NCBI GenBank assembly: GCA_045159875.1
Contig: CP067995.1
Span: forward strand, 1,952,001-2,016,000
Length of the DNA: 64,000 nt
Direction: 5' to 3'
Source: a cyanobacterium endosymbiont of Rhopalodia gibba
GTDB lineage: Bacteria > Cyanobacteriota > Cyanobacteriia > Cyanobacteriales > Microcystaceae
In this document: positions 1 to 11,202 of the stretch, piece by piece
Layout of the letters: each line of letters opens with the position of its first letter
Position numbering within the stretch: the first letter of the stretch is position 1
Notes under the pieces: generated by a model
The model's database searches: none
Seen by the model: only the letters and a program-made list of their open reading frames with translations
Told to the model about the DNA's origin: nothing
Translations under genes and position numbers: made by a program

Positions 1-250
1 GATTGACTGGTCTCACCGAGTCTGGGAACTTTAGGTTGAATCAGTTATGATAGTTTTGGCAAAAATGTCCCTAACTCTTATGTCGATGTTGTTGACAGTT
101 AATACAATTGATTAGATAAAAGGTGCATTTTCGAACAGACTAAGTCTAGATATTCCTAATCTGTATTAATTTACCTGAGTAAGTAATTTCGGTTATAAAC
201 TTTACACCAAAAGTTAGGGGATTTGATTTACCTACACGCATTTAGATACT

Positions 251-1744
251 TTAGTCTAATTTTACGGCTAAAGCTTTTCTAGCTTGTTCACGATCATCAA
301 AGTGTATTTTTTCTGTTCCTAGAATTTGATAATTTTCGTGACCTTTTCCAGCAATTAAGACCCCGTCTCCTGATTTTGCTCGTTGAATAGCTTGATTAAT
401 AGCCTCAGCACGATCGCTAATAACAATGGGGTTCACCGAATCGGAAATCCCCTCTAAAATATCAGCTAAGATTCTCTGGGGCTCTTCAGTTCGGGGGTTA
501 TCAGAGGTGACAATGCATACGTCTGCTAATTGGCTGGCAATTCGACCCATTAGGGGACGTTTAGTGCGATCACGATCACCGCCACACCCGAAAACACAGA
601 TCATCCTGCCCCGAATAAAGGGACGGACAGCATTGAGCAAATTTTCTAGACTATCGGGGGTATGAGCATAGTCTACAATAACGCTAATATCCTGTTCATT
701 ACTAATTTTTACCCGTTCCATTCGTCCTGGTACTCCCGTAAATTTAGGTAATTTAGCAACAATTTTCTCTAAATCTAGCCTAAAATGTAAGACTGTTGCG
801 ACTGCTGCTAAAAGGTTGGATAGATTGAATTGTCCGACCAAGGGAGAAGTAAAGGAAACAGTTCCCTGAGGCGTATGTAAAGTTCCTGACACTCCCGCTG
901 CTTCGTAGGTAAGATTGCTCAGATAAAAGTCGGCTGTCTCATCATTGACGCTATAACTCCATACCTGATTAGAATCTAATCCCTCAATTAACCGTTTTCC
1001 ATAGAGATCATCTAGGTTAACAATTGCTCGTTCTGTCAGATATTCTGGGCTGAATAAGAGGCTTTTAGCGAGGAAATAATGTTCCATATCTTTATGAAAG
1101 TCCAGGTGATCTTGGGTTAAATTAGTAAAAACTCCCACCTTAAATTGGCATTCTTTAACCCTTCCTTGGGCTAAGGCGTGGGAACTAACTTCCATAACAC
1201 AATATTGGTTTTGAGCCGCCACTGCTTCGGCCAGTTTTCCTTGCAATTCTGCGGCAAAGGGAGTGGTGTGAGTAGCCGTTTGTTGAAACCCCTGCCAACG
1301 GGTATATAGGGTTCCGAATAAGGCGGTGGGGTGTTGTCCTTGAGTCAAGAAAAATTCAATTAAGTGCGCAGTGGTAGTTTTCCCATTAGTTCCAGTAATT
1401 CCAATCATGTTTAACTGTTGACTTGGATATTTGTAAAATGCCGTGGCTACTTGGGCACAAACTGTTACCATGTCCTCTGCTGTCAGAATACAAACTTTAG
1501 GGGTAGGGGGAAATTGAGCAGCCGCGTGGGGGGTAATAATAGCTGCGATCGCCCCTGCTTCTATTGCACTTTGCCAAAATCGGCCACCATCAACACGGGT
1601 TCCTGGCATTCCGATAAATAAATCCCCTGGTTTACAAGCATGGGAATTAGTACAAATACCTTGAATTTGGCGATCAAGAGAGTTATTAGTATAAAATTTC
1701 TCAAGGATAGAAACTTTTTTCAGTAAATCTCGTATTGTTACCAT
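251..1744 (-). CDS. murE: UDP-N-acetylmuramoyl-L-alanyl-D-glutamate--2,6-diaminopimelate ligase
   Basis: 497 aa ORF with GITGTNGKTT P-loop, MEVSSH, FTNLTQDHLDFH, VDYAHTPD, FGCGGDRD, DNPR (DAP specificity) and AGKGHE motifs. Confidence 0.97.
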   Translation of the reverse strand: MVTIRDLLKKVSILEKFYTNNSLDRQIQGICTNSHACKPGDLFIGMPGTRVDGGRFWQSAIEAGAIAAIITPHAAAQFPPTPKVCILTAEDMVTVCAQVATAFYKYPSQQLNMIGITGTNGKTTTAHLIEFFLTQGQHPTALFGTLYTRWQGFQQTATHTTPFAAELQGKLAEAVAAQNQYCVMEVSSHALAQGRVKECQFKVGVFTNLTQDHLDFHKDMEHYFLAKSLLFSPEYLTERAIVNLDDLYGKRLIEGLDSNQVWSYSVNDETADFYLSNLTYEAAGVSGTLHTPQGTVSFTSPLVGQFNLSNLLAAVATVLHFRLDLEKIVAKLPKFTGVPGRMERVKISNEQDISVIVDYAHTPDSLENLLNAVRPFIRGRMICVFGCGGDRDRTKRPLMGRIASQLADVCIVTSDNPRTEEPQRILADILEGISDSVNPIVISDRAEAINQAIQRAKSGDGVLIAGKGHENYQILGTEKIHFDDREQARKALAVKLD

Positions 1745-2542
1745 AAAAATTCTTTGGTTGTCATAAATCTAAATTCAGATTTTATAATCTGTTGTGAGTG
1801 ATGTTAGCAGAATTTTCTAATAAGTTCTCTGAAAAAGATAAAATCTAAAAATTAAGTATATCAATAAGTACATATGTTTTAAGGTAGTCGATGAAGATCT
1901 AAAATAATTATTTTATTTCATAAGGAAACCCTTTAGGCAAATCGAGACAAAATTTATTTTCTTTATGTAACATATTGCAAAGTCTTGCTCTAATCCTTAT
2001 AGAGAAGCACCACTTAAGTAAATGTATAGATTAGTGCTTTAATATTCTTTAATTTAAGCTTTAAAACTCATATTTTTTCCTTTTAATTTTGTACTCAGAT
2101 ATTTTTATCTTATCCAAAATTTAAGTGGTCAAAACGGATAATTTTTATTATCTAAACTATAGATAACTAGTCTATCTTAAAAAAATTTTTACAGAATATT
2201 ACTCAGTTAAATAAGCTCAATACAATTCTTATGACCGCTTTTTGTTTAAAAGTTTTAAAGTTATTTATAGCCATCTATAAATCATCAACTTCATTTTGTT
2301 ACTGTACATTACACTCATCTTTTGAAACTAAAATAGAAAATCATTGTGATTTTCCTCTCTTAAAATCTCTTAAAATAAAAAATGGACCATAAAATTGTAT
2401 ATAAAATATCGTCATCTATTTTTCTGATAAAGAAAAGTTTGAATAGAGATTTACAACACTACCCAGCAAAAAAATAGCAAATAGTAATCAATTATCAACA
2501 ATTACATTATTCAATATTCAAGACTATAACGGCTAAACTAAC

Positions 2543-2570
2543 GTAGAGACGCTGTGTACAACGTCTCTAG
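2543..2570. repeat. Cyanobacterial REP-like palindrome GTAGAGACG...CGTCTCTA, downstream of desA
   Basis: GTAGAGACGCTGTGTACAACGTCTCTAG has inverted arms TAGAGACG/CGTCTCTA; resembles the GTAGAGACGTTG...CAACGTCTCTAC intergenic repeats of cyanobacteria. Confidence 0.6.
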
Positions 2571-2614
2571 AGGCACTTTTCTAAATCAGGAAAACTTTTA
2601 GCCGACATCCCCTA

Positions 2615-3691
2615 TTAACTCAGGGAAGAAACATTAGTATTTTTCGATTTGCCGCGGTAATAATTTTTAAAAGATTGGTAATTAGATTCGAAGTCATAGA
2701 GATGGCACTGAGTTGTAATCTCCTGGATTAAAGAATAAGAAAAACGGTATTCACAAAGATAATTTCCCCAATTTTCTTTTAAACTTTGATGAGCTTGCCG
2801 TAAATTATAACTGGGAATTCCGGTAGAAATATGGTGGGGAATATGAACATTGATATCATGACAAAGAATTTCTATCCAACGGGGATAGTCACAATGAACT
2901 GTCCCACTTAATTGAGCCTGGGCCTCATTCCATTGGTCAGCCTTTTTAAAACCAATATTCGGGACTGTATGATGCACTAGGGTAAAGGTGCTCATCCAGA
3001 AATGAAAGACTAACCAAGGTAACAACCAAAATTTAATAAAACCCCAGGCTCCCAGGGTCATTAATAAAATAGGAAAACCAATAACTACACTAGTAATCAC
3101 AACTAACACAGAAAAACGAACTTGCTCTCGTTCTTTTCCCGTAAAAGTTTTCCAGTCAAAGTGAATCTTGGCCCAATGAACAACAGAAGCAAACCACCAA
3201 AATCGTCCTCTGAGTTGACGATAACCCCATTTAGCAAATGTAGAAAAACTTTCATAAGATTCTGTGGTGACGGGATTCCAGGCGTTGTCCACATTAAGCT
3301 TGTTGGTATGTTTATGATGGTAATTATGGAGAATACGCCAACTATGGAAGGGATAGATAATCGGTAAAAAAGCTAAATGTCCTACCCAATCATTAACCCA
3401 AGTACGATTAGAAAAGGAACGATGGCCACAATCATGACCAATTACAAAAAATCCGGTCAAAGCAGTTCCCGTAAATACCCACAAAATAGGCAGTAAATAC
3501 CAAGGAGTGATCGCTAAAGCTCCCATTCCTAAAGCTACCATGAAAATACTTAGAACCACCTTAAACCATGCTTTACGAGGGTCTTTAGTAAATACGTTTG
3601 AGGGAAGGGTCTTGATAATATCCCGTAAACAAACTGTAGGATTAAGTTGTGATAAGGTTTCGTGTTGAGTAGGATTAGTCAGTGTTGTCAT
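2615..3691 (-). CDS. desA: Delta-12 acyl-lipid fatty acid desaturase
   Basis: Three His boxes (HDCGH, HNYHH, HIPHH); N-terminal DIIKTLP and WVFTGTALTG segments as in cyanobacterial DesA. Confidence 0.9.
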   Translation of the reverse strand: MTTLTNPTQHETLSQLNPTVCLRDIIKTLPSNVFTKDPRKAWFKVVLSIFMVALGMGALAITPWYLLPILWVFTGTALTGFFVIGHDCGHRSFSNRTWVNDWVGHLAFLPIIYPFHSWRILHNYHHKHTNKLNVDNAWNPVTTESYESFSTFAKWGYRQLRGRFWWFASVVHWAKIHFDWKTFTGKEREQVRFSVLVVITSVVIGFPILLMTLGAWGFIKFWLLPWLVFHFWMSTFTLVHHTVPNIGFKKADQWNEAQAQLSGTVHCDYPRWIEILCHDINVHIPHHISTGIPSYNLRQAHQSLKENWGNYLCEYRFSYSLIQEITTQCHLYDFESNYQSFKNYYRGKSKNTNVSSLS

Positions 3692-3945
3692 GAACGATGA
3701 ATAATATTGAAATGGTGAATCCGGAGTAATTAAAAAGCAAAATTAACATGGAGAAACTAATTTATCCCAGTGGGGAAGTAATATATTTCCCTCACGAATA
3801 AAAATTTCTTAGGTTGAGCCTTAATAGTTATATCACAATCTATGAGTCGCCCTATCTTAGTTGACAAACGGTATGGTGTAATGGAATGGTAGATCTCTTG
3901 TGATTTCCTAACCCGTTATTTCAGTGAAACACTGACACACTTTGC

Positions 3946-4629
3946 ATGGAGACTCAATCAATTAGCGAGCTGTTTCCTCTGTTCCATACAGCTAATTCAG
4001 AGACGTTAGAATGGTTTTTATCAGTTGTAGACCAAGAGGACTATCCCCCTGATATTAAAGTTGTGAGGGAGGACGATTGGGGAAAAGCGGTTTACTTTGT
4101 CGTTTCTGGTTGGGTTAAAGTCCGTTCCCATTACCAGGGTTCCGAAATAACTTTAGAAATTCTTGGTCGAGGAGATTTTTTTGGAGAAATGGAGGTCCTC
4201 GAGGAATCTCTTAAGTCGATTGAAGTTATATCTTTATCTGAGTTGCAATTATTGAGTATTTCAGCTCAACGCTTCCTACAAATACTGTTTAAAGATCCTC
4301 AATTACATCATCGAATGTTACAGCTACAAGTTCGGCGGGTTCGTCAACTTTATCGCCGTCTTCAATTGCGCCAGCAGTCTCCTAAAGTTAGGTTAGCTAA
4401 AACCTTAATTAAGTTAGCAGAAACTTACGGTAAGTCTACTGAGAAAGGAACAGAAATTTGGGATTTTCCTGAGCAAGATCTAGCGGACATCGCTGATGTT
4501 TCTTTAGAAGAATTACAGTCAGCAATAACCCAATTACAAAGTCAAGGCTGTCTAGAAATAGACCTAGTTGGTCATAATTTATATTTAAGTAATCTTAAAC
4601 AAATTCACCATTTTTCTCAACAGCTTTAA
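3946..4629 (+). CDS. Crp/Fnr family transcriptional regulator
   Basis: cNMP-binding fold (VYFVVSGWVKV, GDFFGEM) plus C-terminal HTH (QDLADIADVS). Confidence 0.88.
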   Translation: METQSISELFPLFHTANSETLEWFLSVVDQEDYPPDIKVVREDDWGKAVYFVVSGWVKVRSHYQGSEITLEILGRGDFFGEMEVLEESLKSIEVISLSELQLLSISAQRFLQILFKDPQLHHRMLQLQVRRVRQLYRRLQLRQQSPKVRLAKTLIKLAETYGKSTEKGTEIWDFPEQDLADIADVSLEELQSAITQLQSQGCLEIDLVGHNLYLSNLKQIHHFSQQL

Positions 4630-4631
4630 AT

Positions 4632-6410
4632 ATGACTAGAGCAATAAGAACCGATAGCTCAGATATTTCTAAAACTTCTCCGACTATTGCCTACACTGTA
4701 TCCATGCCTCAACCCAATTCCCATATTTTTGAGGTGAAGTTACAAGTTAGCCAATGGCAAGAGTCTATCCTAGAATTAGGAATGCCTGTGTGGACTCCAG
4801 GTTCATATTTAGTTCGGGAATACGCTAAACATATTCAGTATTTTCAAGCATCTTCTAGTCAAGATCAAACAAAATTATCAAGTCAAAAAATTAGTAAAAA
4901 CCATTGGATAATTGAAACAGGCAATGTTAACAACATTACGATAGACTATCAGGTTTATGCCAATGAGCTGACTGTCAGGACAAATCATTTAGATGGAACT
5001 CATGGCTATTTTAATGGAGCCGCTTTATTCTATTTTATTCCAGGGTTAGAGAAACAGTCCATTACTGTACAAATAATTCCCCCAATTGTTCAATGGAAAG
5101 TTAGCACAACCTTGCCTGAAATTCCTGGAGAAATCAATTTATTTCAAGCAAATGATTATGATACTTTAGTGGACAGTCCCTTTGAAATTGGCACCCATAA
5201 CATTTATACTTTTGAAGTATTAGGAAAATCTCATCAGTTAGTCATTTGGGGTCAGGGCAATATTCGACCCATCCCCCTTATTAAGGATATAAAAAAAATC
5301 ATTGAAATAGAAGCCAAATTATATGGAGAACTTCCGTATAATCACTATCTATTCATACTACATCTATCGGGGAGCGACTTCGGGGGATTAGAACATAAAA
5401 GCTCATGTTCTCTAATTTATCCTCGTTTTGGTTTTCGAGCTAAGGATAAATATAATCATTTTATTCAGTTAGTCGCTCATGAATTCTTCCATTTGTGGAA
5501 TGTTAAACGCATTCGACCAAAAGCCTTAGAGACTTTTGATTATGAACGAGAAAATTACACTAAATCTCTCTGGTTTTTAGAAGGGACGACTAGCTATTAT
5601 GATATGATAATGCCCCTAAGGGCGGGAATTTACAATATCGCTAATTTTCTTGAGATTCTAAGCAAGGATATCACCCTATATTTGAACACGCCAGGGCGTA
5701 AAATTCACCCCTTAAGCGAATCAAGTTTTGATGCTTGGATTAAATTGTATCGCAGGAATGCTCATAGTGATAATGTTCAAATTTCCTATTATTTAAAAGG
5801 GGAATTAGTCTCATTACTTCTCGATTTATTGATTCGATCTTGTCATAATAATCAGCGATCACTCGATAATGTTATGAGTCAGATGTGGCAGAAATTTGGC
5901 AAACCAGAAATTGGTTTTACCTCCCAACAACTACAAGATGTGATTGAGTCGGTGGCCGGAATTGAGTTACACAACTTCTTTGCACGTTATCTAGATGCAA
6001 CTGAAGATTTACCTTTTGATGACTATCTAGAACCTTTTGGATTAAAGCTAAAACCTATCCTAGACTCTGAAACTATTCCCTTTCTGGGAATACGAATTAA
6101 ATCGGAAAATAACAAAGAAATTATTAAGTTTGTTGAGTCCGGGTCACCGGCTGAGATGGGAGGAATCGACACAAGCGACGAGTTATTGGCTATTGATGGA
6201 ATTCGCGTTAATTCAAGCCAATTAAGCGATCGTCTAAAAGACTATCAAAGCGGTGATACCATTTCAATTACGGTCTTTCATCAAGATCAACTGAAAACTC
6301 TCAGTGTCATTTTAGCAGATTCCCAACCCAGTCGCTATGAAGTGATTCGTATCGATCATCCATCCAGTAGCCAAAAGCAAAATCTGATGGATTGGCTAGG
6401 AAAAGAATGA
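4632..6410 (+). CDS. M61 family metallopeptidase with C-terminal PDZ domain
   Basis: MPVWTPGSYLVREY, GGLEH, HEFFHLWN zinc motif, LWFLEGTTSYY, ISYYLKG and a PDZ-like end. Confidence 0.93.
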   Translation: MTRAIRTDSSDISKTSPTIAYTVSMPQPNSHIFEVKLQVSQWQESILELGMPVWTPGSYLVREYAKHIQYFQASSSQDQTKLSSQKISKNHWIIETGNVNNITIDYQVYANELTVRTNHLDGTHGYFNGAALFYFIPGLEKQSITVQIIPPIVQWKVSTTLPEIPGEINLFQANDYDTLVDSPFEIGTHNIYTFEVLGKSHQLVIWGQGNIRPIPLIKDIKKIIEIEAKLYGELPYNHYLFILHLSGSDFGGLEHKSSCSLIYPRFGFRAKDKYNHFIQLVAHEFFHLWNVKRIRPKALETFDYERENYTKSLWFLEGTTSYYDMIMPLRAGIYNIANFLEILSKDITLYLNTPGRKIHPLSESSFDAWIKLYRRNAHSDNVQISYYLKGELVSLLLDLLIRSCHNNQRSLDNVMSQMWQKFGKPEIGFTSQQLQDVIESVAGIELHNFFARYLDATEDLPFDDYLEPFGLKLKPILDSETIPFLGIRIKSENNKEIIKFVESGSPAEMGGIDTSDELLAIDGIRVNSSQLSDRLKDYQSGDTISITVFHQDQLKTLSVILADSQPSRYEVIRIDHPSSSQKQNLMDWLGKE

Positions 6411-6580
6411 GGCCGGGGATTGTTTTTGATTTTATATCAAAATCCTTTTTCTCTGGATTTTTCAATCAGCAAACTATAACCTAATGCCTAGAGAAATAGC
6501 TAATTTATGTTTATAATTAAGGGACATCTTGATTGATAAAATATCTAGGGTATTAGACCCAATAAGTCATAGAACCAGTG

Positions 6581-7492
6581 ATGCATCAATTTCTTCCTAT
6601 TGCTTACTTTCAAAATCAATTTATTCCTTTTGAAAATGCGAACATTTCCATTGCTACTCATGGGTTACATTACGGGACAGCAGCTTTCGGAGGAATGCGA
6701 GGAATTCCTGATCCCGAAAATTCTTCAAAAATCTTGTTATTTCGTTTAGATCGTCACTGTCAACGTTTAAGTCAAAGTGCAAAATTTTTAAATTATGAAT
6801 TGCCAGCACAAAAAATTGAACAGATTATTATTGACTTTGTGAGAAAAAATAAGCCATCAACTTCTTTTTATATTAGACCCTTAGTCTATACTTCAGGATT
6901 GGGAATTGCTCCCAGACTTCATGAAATTGAAAAAGATTTTTTTGTTTATGGCTTAGAAATGGGAGATTATTTATCCTCAGATGGAATCAGTTGTCGTATT
7001 AGTTCTTGGTATCGCCAAGAGGATCGTAGTTTTCCCTTACGGGGTAAGATTAGTGCTGCTTATATTACCTCAGCTTTAGCCAAAACAGAAGCAGTAGAAT
7101 CAGGTTTCGATGAAGCTATTTTAATAAACTCTCAAGGTAAAGTTTGTGAAGCAACAGGAATGAACATTTTTTTTGTAAGAAATAGTCAATTAATTACTCC
7201 TGGACTCGACCAAGATGTACTAGAAGGAATCACCAGAGATAGTGTTTTAAACATAGCTAAAGTCTTAGGAATTGAGACCATTGAAAGACCTGTTGATAAA
7301 TCAGAATTGTTTATTGCTGATGAAGTCTTTTTATGTGGAACCGCCGCGAAAATTATTCCTGTAAAACAAATTGAGACATTTAAGTTATCCGAAGAACGTC
7401 CCATCATGGAAAAATTGCGAAATAGATTATTTGCCATTACAGAAAATAAGGATTCAGAGTATCAAGACTGGGTATATCCTGTTACTATTTAA
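6581..7492 (+). CDS. ilvE: Branched-chain amino acid aminotransferase
   Basis: Class IV PLP aminotransferase motifs LHYGTAAFGG, EATGMNIF, LEGITR, DEVFLCGTAA. Confidence 0.93.
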   Translation: MHQFLPIAYFQNQFIPFENANISIATHGLHYGTAAFGGMRGIPDPENSSKILLFRLDRHCQRLSQSAKFLNYELPAQKIEQIIIDFVRKNKPSTSFYIRPLVYTSGLGIAPRLHEIEKDFFVYGLEMGDYLSSDGISCRISSWYRQEDRSFPLRGKISAAYITSALAKTEAVESGFDEAILINSQGKVCEATGMNIFFVRNSQLITPGLDQDVLEGITRDSVLNIAKVLGIETIERPVDKSELFIADEVFLCGTAAKIIPVKQIETFKLSEERPIMEKLRNRLFAITENKDSEYQDWVYPVTI

Positions 7493-7514
7493 AATTTATT
7501 AAATTCTAGAAGAA

Positions 7515-7539
7515 GGGGATTTTTTTAAAAAAAATCTCC
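7515..7539 (+). terminator. Putative terminator hairpin after ilvE
   Basis: GGGGATTTTTTT/AAAAAAAATCTCC inverted repeat 22 nt after the stop codon. Confidence 0.45.
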
Positions 7540-8037
7540 AGAAAAAAAGTACCGTTTTCATTTAAGAACGAGTGAGGTTATGATCTTGAAGACTGAAAAA
7601 ATATTGTTCAAGAACTTTTAAAAAAGCTCTATCAATAAAAACTTCAGTCAATTACTTGTTATCAACAGAAGACAAAGTAAAAGTTAGTAAAACTGACTGA
7701 TAAAATTCAGCTTCGTAAGCGTATTCCTGTCAAAACAGTTGACGACCGACTTAAAATATCTTAATATTAAAGATTTGAGATATTGGGGTCTTTAAAAATG
7801 TTTTGTTAACTCTTTTCTTTGACTGATTACTTAATACTTATTGACCTAAAAACTTTCTCTTAAGCTTAAAGTCAAAAGGTGAGCTAATCTTGCTCTCTGT
7901 GCAGTCCTGACTGTTAGCTGTTACAATTTTAGATAATCTTCAATTTTATCGTATTTTAACTTAGATGTTGACAACAACAGTGTTTTTAAGTCTCGTAGAA
8001 CTCACATGTCTTGACTCAAACGCTTTTTTATCTATCT

Positions 8038-9540
8038 CTACCTAATTTTTTGCTGATAAAGAGGGTGCAAATCATGGTTACTAGGATCTTGACCTAAAGG
8101 AAGGAAAATAGTAAACACTTGCTTGTATTGTGATCGTTGACGCACAATCAACTTACCTCCTAGGATATGAAACATATGTTTCGTTACATCTAAATTGAGA
8201 CTTAACCCTCCAGTATTGGGATTAAACATCAATAACTGGCCCAAAGCTTTTAAAGGATTATGAGGAGAAGAAGATTCTGTGCGAAATTGTAATTTCAGTT
8301 GATGTCCAGCAGTGGTAACTTGAACACGGATATTTCCCCCTTCAGAGAAGCTACGGGTAAACTTTTCGATTAACCCCATTAACACCTGATTAAGTATCGC
8401 CGGATCACTGACGACTTGGGGTAATTTTTTGGGAAGCACTATATCAAGAATAATATTGCGTCGTTGAGCTTGTTTTTTCCAACACGGAATACTTTCATTT
8501 AGAACATTTTCTAACGACGTATATACCAGCCTAACTGATTTCTGCTTTTTGGAAGTTATTTTAAGTTCGGTAGCCCTAAAAATCAACTCCATACGATTAA
8601 TTTGTTCCGTACATTCTTGATCAATTCCTTCGAGCAATTTAGTAATTTGGGGAGTTAATCCTTTGTTACGTAACAATAACCGTGTCATAGTGTGAATGGT
8701 AGTTAAAGGTGTGCGGATTTCATGAGTTAATGCCTGGAGTAGGGCTACGTCTGGGGCATTACTGAAAAGTTCTAAGGACGATTTTTCTTTATTCTGAGAT
8801 CTCCAAGGAATTGAGCGATGCTGTCCTGAATGGACGACGGAGATTTCAGGCAAATGGTATAGTAATAATTTACTAAACTTTGTAACTAAACGATAGTCAG
8901 GGTTTGGCGGAGCAAAATATCGAACCAAAGCATCAAACTGAGACAATTGTGGATAATTAGCGGCAAATAGTCGAGATCGTAAAGCCAACCATCCCTGGTT
9001 GATCACTTCTGGTTCAAAGGAAAAATGAAAAGCAGGAAGTCTTTGAGAATCTTCTCCTAAAACTGCAATTAATCCAAAATAGGGAGTCAACACTAAGCAG
9101 AATTGTTCAGTCGCGATAGGATCTTTAGGAAACAAAGGAAGTTCGGCTATTGTTGCTATAGTGCGTGACTCAGTCTTACAAGCAGCCGGAAGTTGAGCTC
9201 GCATCGAGCTCAACTCCTGCCCTGTTTGGGGTGTAAATACCCCTGTTTGGAATTGACAATTGAGGGACTGGTGGCAAAGGATCGTAGTAGGAGCCGATAA
9301 AATTAATCCTCGACAAGTAATATCGTCTGTCCTCGTCTCGTTAACTTGGGACAGTAAGATTTCTTCTAAAGTAGCGATAGCTCCAAACCATTGTCTTTGG
9401 GCTTTTGACTTAGCTCGGTTAATTTTGTCTGGGGTATGATCGATGTTTTTGACAATCGCTGACGACAGACAAGTATTGACCGCCATAGCTTCGTAACGAT
9501 TGATAATGTCACTTAATTTCATCAATAATCCCTTAGACAC
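8038..9540 (-). CDS. Sensor histidine kinase with atypical HATPase domain (probably Hik34-like)
   Basis: H-box THEIRTPLTTI; N-box-like segment LNQVLMGLIE; no canonical G1/G2 boxes; no obvious TM segments. Exact start uncertain. Confidence 0.75.
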   Translation of the reverse strand: MSKGLLMKLSDIINRYEAMAVNTCLSSAIVKNIDHTPDKINRAKSKAQRQWFGAIATLEEILLSQVNETRTDDITCRGLILSAPTTILCHQSLNCQFQTGVFTPQTGQELSSMRAQLPAACKTESRTIATIAELPLFPKDPIATEQFCLVLTPYFGLIAVLGEDSQRLPAFHFSFEPEVINQGWLALRSRLFAANYPQLSQFDALVRYFAPPNPDYRLVTKFSKLLLYHLPEISVVHSGQHRSIPWRSQNKEKSSLELFSNAPDVALLQALTHEIRTPLTTIHTMTRLLLRNKGLTPQITKLLEGIDQECTEQINRMELIFRATELKITSKKQKSVRLVYTSLENVLNESIPCWKKQAQRRNIILDIVLPKKLPQVVSDPAILNQVLMGLIEKFTRSFSEGGNIRVQVTTAGHQLKLQFRTESSSPHNPLKALGQLLMFNPNTGGLSLNLDVTKHMFHILGGKLIVRQRSQYKQVFTIFLPLGQDPSNHDLHPLYQQKIR

Positions 9541-10449
9541 AACTATCTACTTTCCTAAATATTCAGTATAGTTTACCCTTTGCCTTCACAAGGGTAATTG
9601 TGTTTAGAGGTTAAATGCAGTAGTAGAACCGAACCAATCAGTCGCAATCTCCGACATATGTATAGAACTTTGAATCTCTTAGATTATTGTTTAGACTTTA
9701 ATCTTGATTAAACTTTTCAAATCAACAAGTCACACAAACTTTTATACAGACTGTTTTTTAGTCGTTTTTTAGTAAATTTTAAGTAGAGACAATAGATAAA
9801 TCTTAAAATCTTGTCATAAAAGTACTATGAAGCTTGAAATTTATTAATTATTTAATAATTATTTAACTACACGACCAAAAGCTACGCTAAAGCTAATCGA
9901 TTCGCTTGCCTCTAATAGAGTAAGTGATTAAGTAACTGCTATAGAAAAATTATCTATATAAAAATCTACCTAATTATTTCTAAGTGAAAAAATTGTGGTA
10001 TTGGCTTCTTCCAAGATTTTTATACTGCTTGCTCTTCTAAATTATGTTCGCTAAATTTTTAGTCAGACTGACATCTAGCAAGCACTCTTTTTTAACTACT
10101 TTTATATATTAATTTTATTTAAGCTTCCGTACTTAGTGGACTATTTAACTAAAACTATTCCATATAATTTAGATTTTTCTTAAAAAAGCTTTTAGTAAAA
10201 ATTGTACATTCCAAAGATATCGTCAACCACAATAATCTATTAACTAAGTTCTTCTATTTATTTATAAAAAATTTTTATTTTAGTCTAAAGAAGTTAATAA
10301 GAAAATATTTAATATTCTCTAATTTTCACCAATAAATAATTAATTTATTTTGACTTTAATACTTATTTTTTAGTCTCCCAACCTTCCTTGACGTTATATC
10401 AATATAACATTCTATTCACTAATCAATCTTTAGTAGTCTTTTCTGAACT

Positions 10450-11100
10450 TAAGATATTTTAACTAGGTAGTGATGTTGCGAGGTCTACTATTGTCACGGA
10501 CATTGCTTTAATAATAGTTATAGTTAAAACAATTTCTACAATCTAAAAAAAGAGAATATTTATTTACTCTTAACTACTCCTGAATTTCGACTGTTAAACT
10601 GAGACAACTAAAACTTTTACACCTAGTTTTTATGAACAAGACCAGAGTTTATCTAGCCATAACATAATTCGTCACTTTACCAGAGTAACTAAGGGAGAAA
10701 GAGCTTATGGAGAATGTCCCAATAATCGTCTGTTAGTAGGAGCAATCGCATTAGACTTTGTTGTACCCTTTTACTTTTGAACAATGGACAAATTAAAGGA
10801 GCTTTTCTTCCTTCTGAAACAGAAGTCCTGAAAACATAAATTCGGCCAGGAGATTATGCCATCACGGATGACTTACCGACTCGTGAAACAACAAAATTCA
10901 GAAAACTAATTAAATCTATAGGAGCACAGATCGCATTTTATTTCCTTACTCTCTTGATTTTAATTCCATTGATAACTATCATTCAAAAATCAAAGAATCT
11001 TTGTTAACTCAACAATTCCGGAATTTCTTAGTTCTAAATTCTGCTATTAACAGATTTCTCAAATACTTTTTATCCAGAGTTATGAGCATTTTATTATCCC
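10450..11100 (+). mobile_element. Heavily degraded IS630-family transposase remnant
   Basis: Frame-broken translation gives KGERAYGECPNN..LVGAIAL..PFTFEQWTN..AFL..TEVL..PGDYAITDDLPT..LFPYSLDFNSIDNYHSKIKE, matching IS630 DDE_3 motifs (MDNLPAHK, LSPYSPDFNPIE); boundaries approximate. Confidence 0.8.
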
Positions 11101-11202
11101 TTTTTTACAATTGGTTAGTACAAGCCATAACTTCTAAAACTGTCTTTTAAAACTCAACACAGAGAGGTTTAGCATCAGCTGTCACGGCATTTATCTAAAA
11201 GA

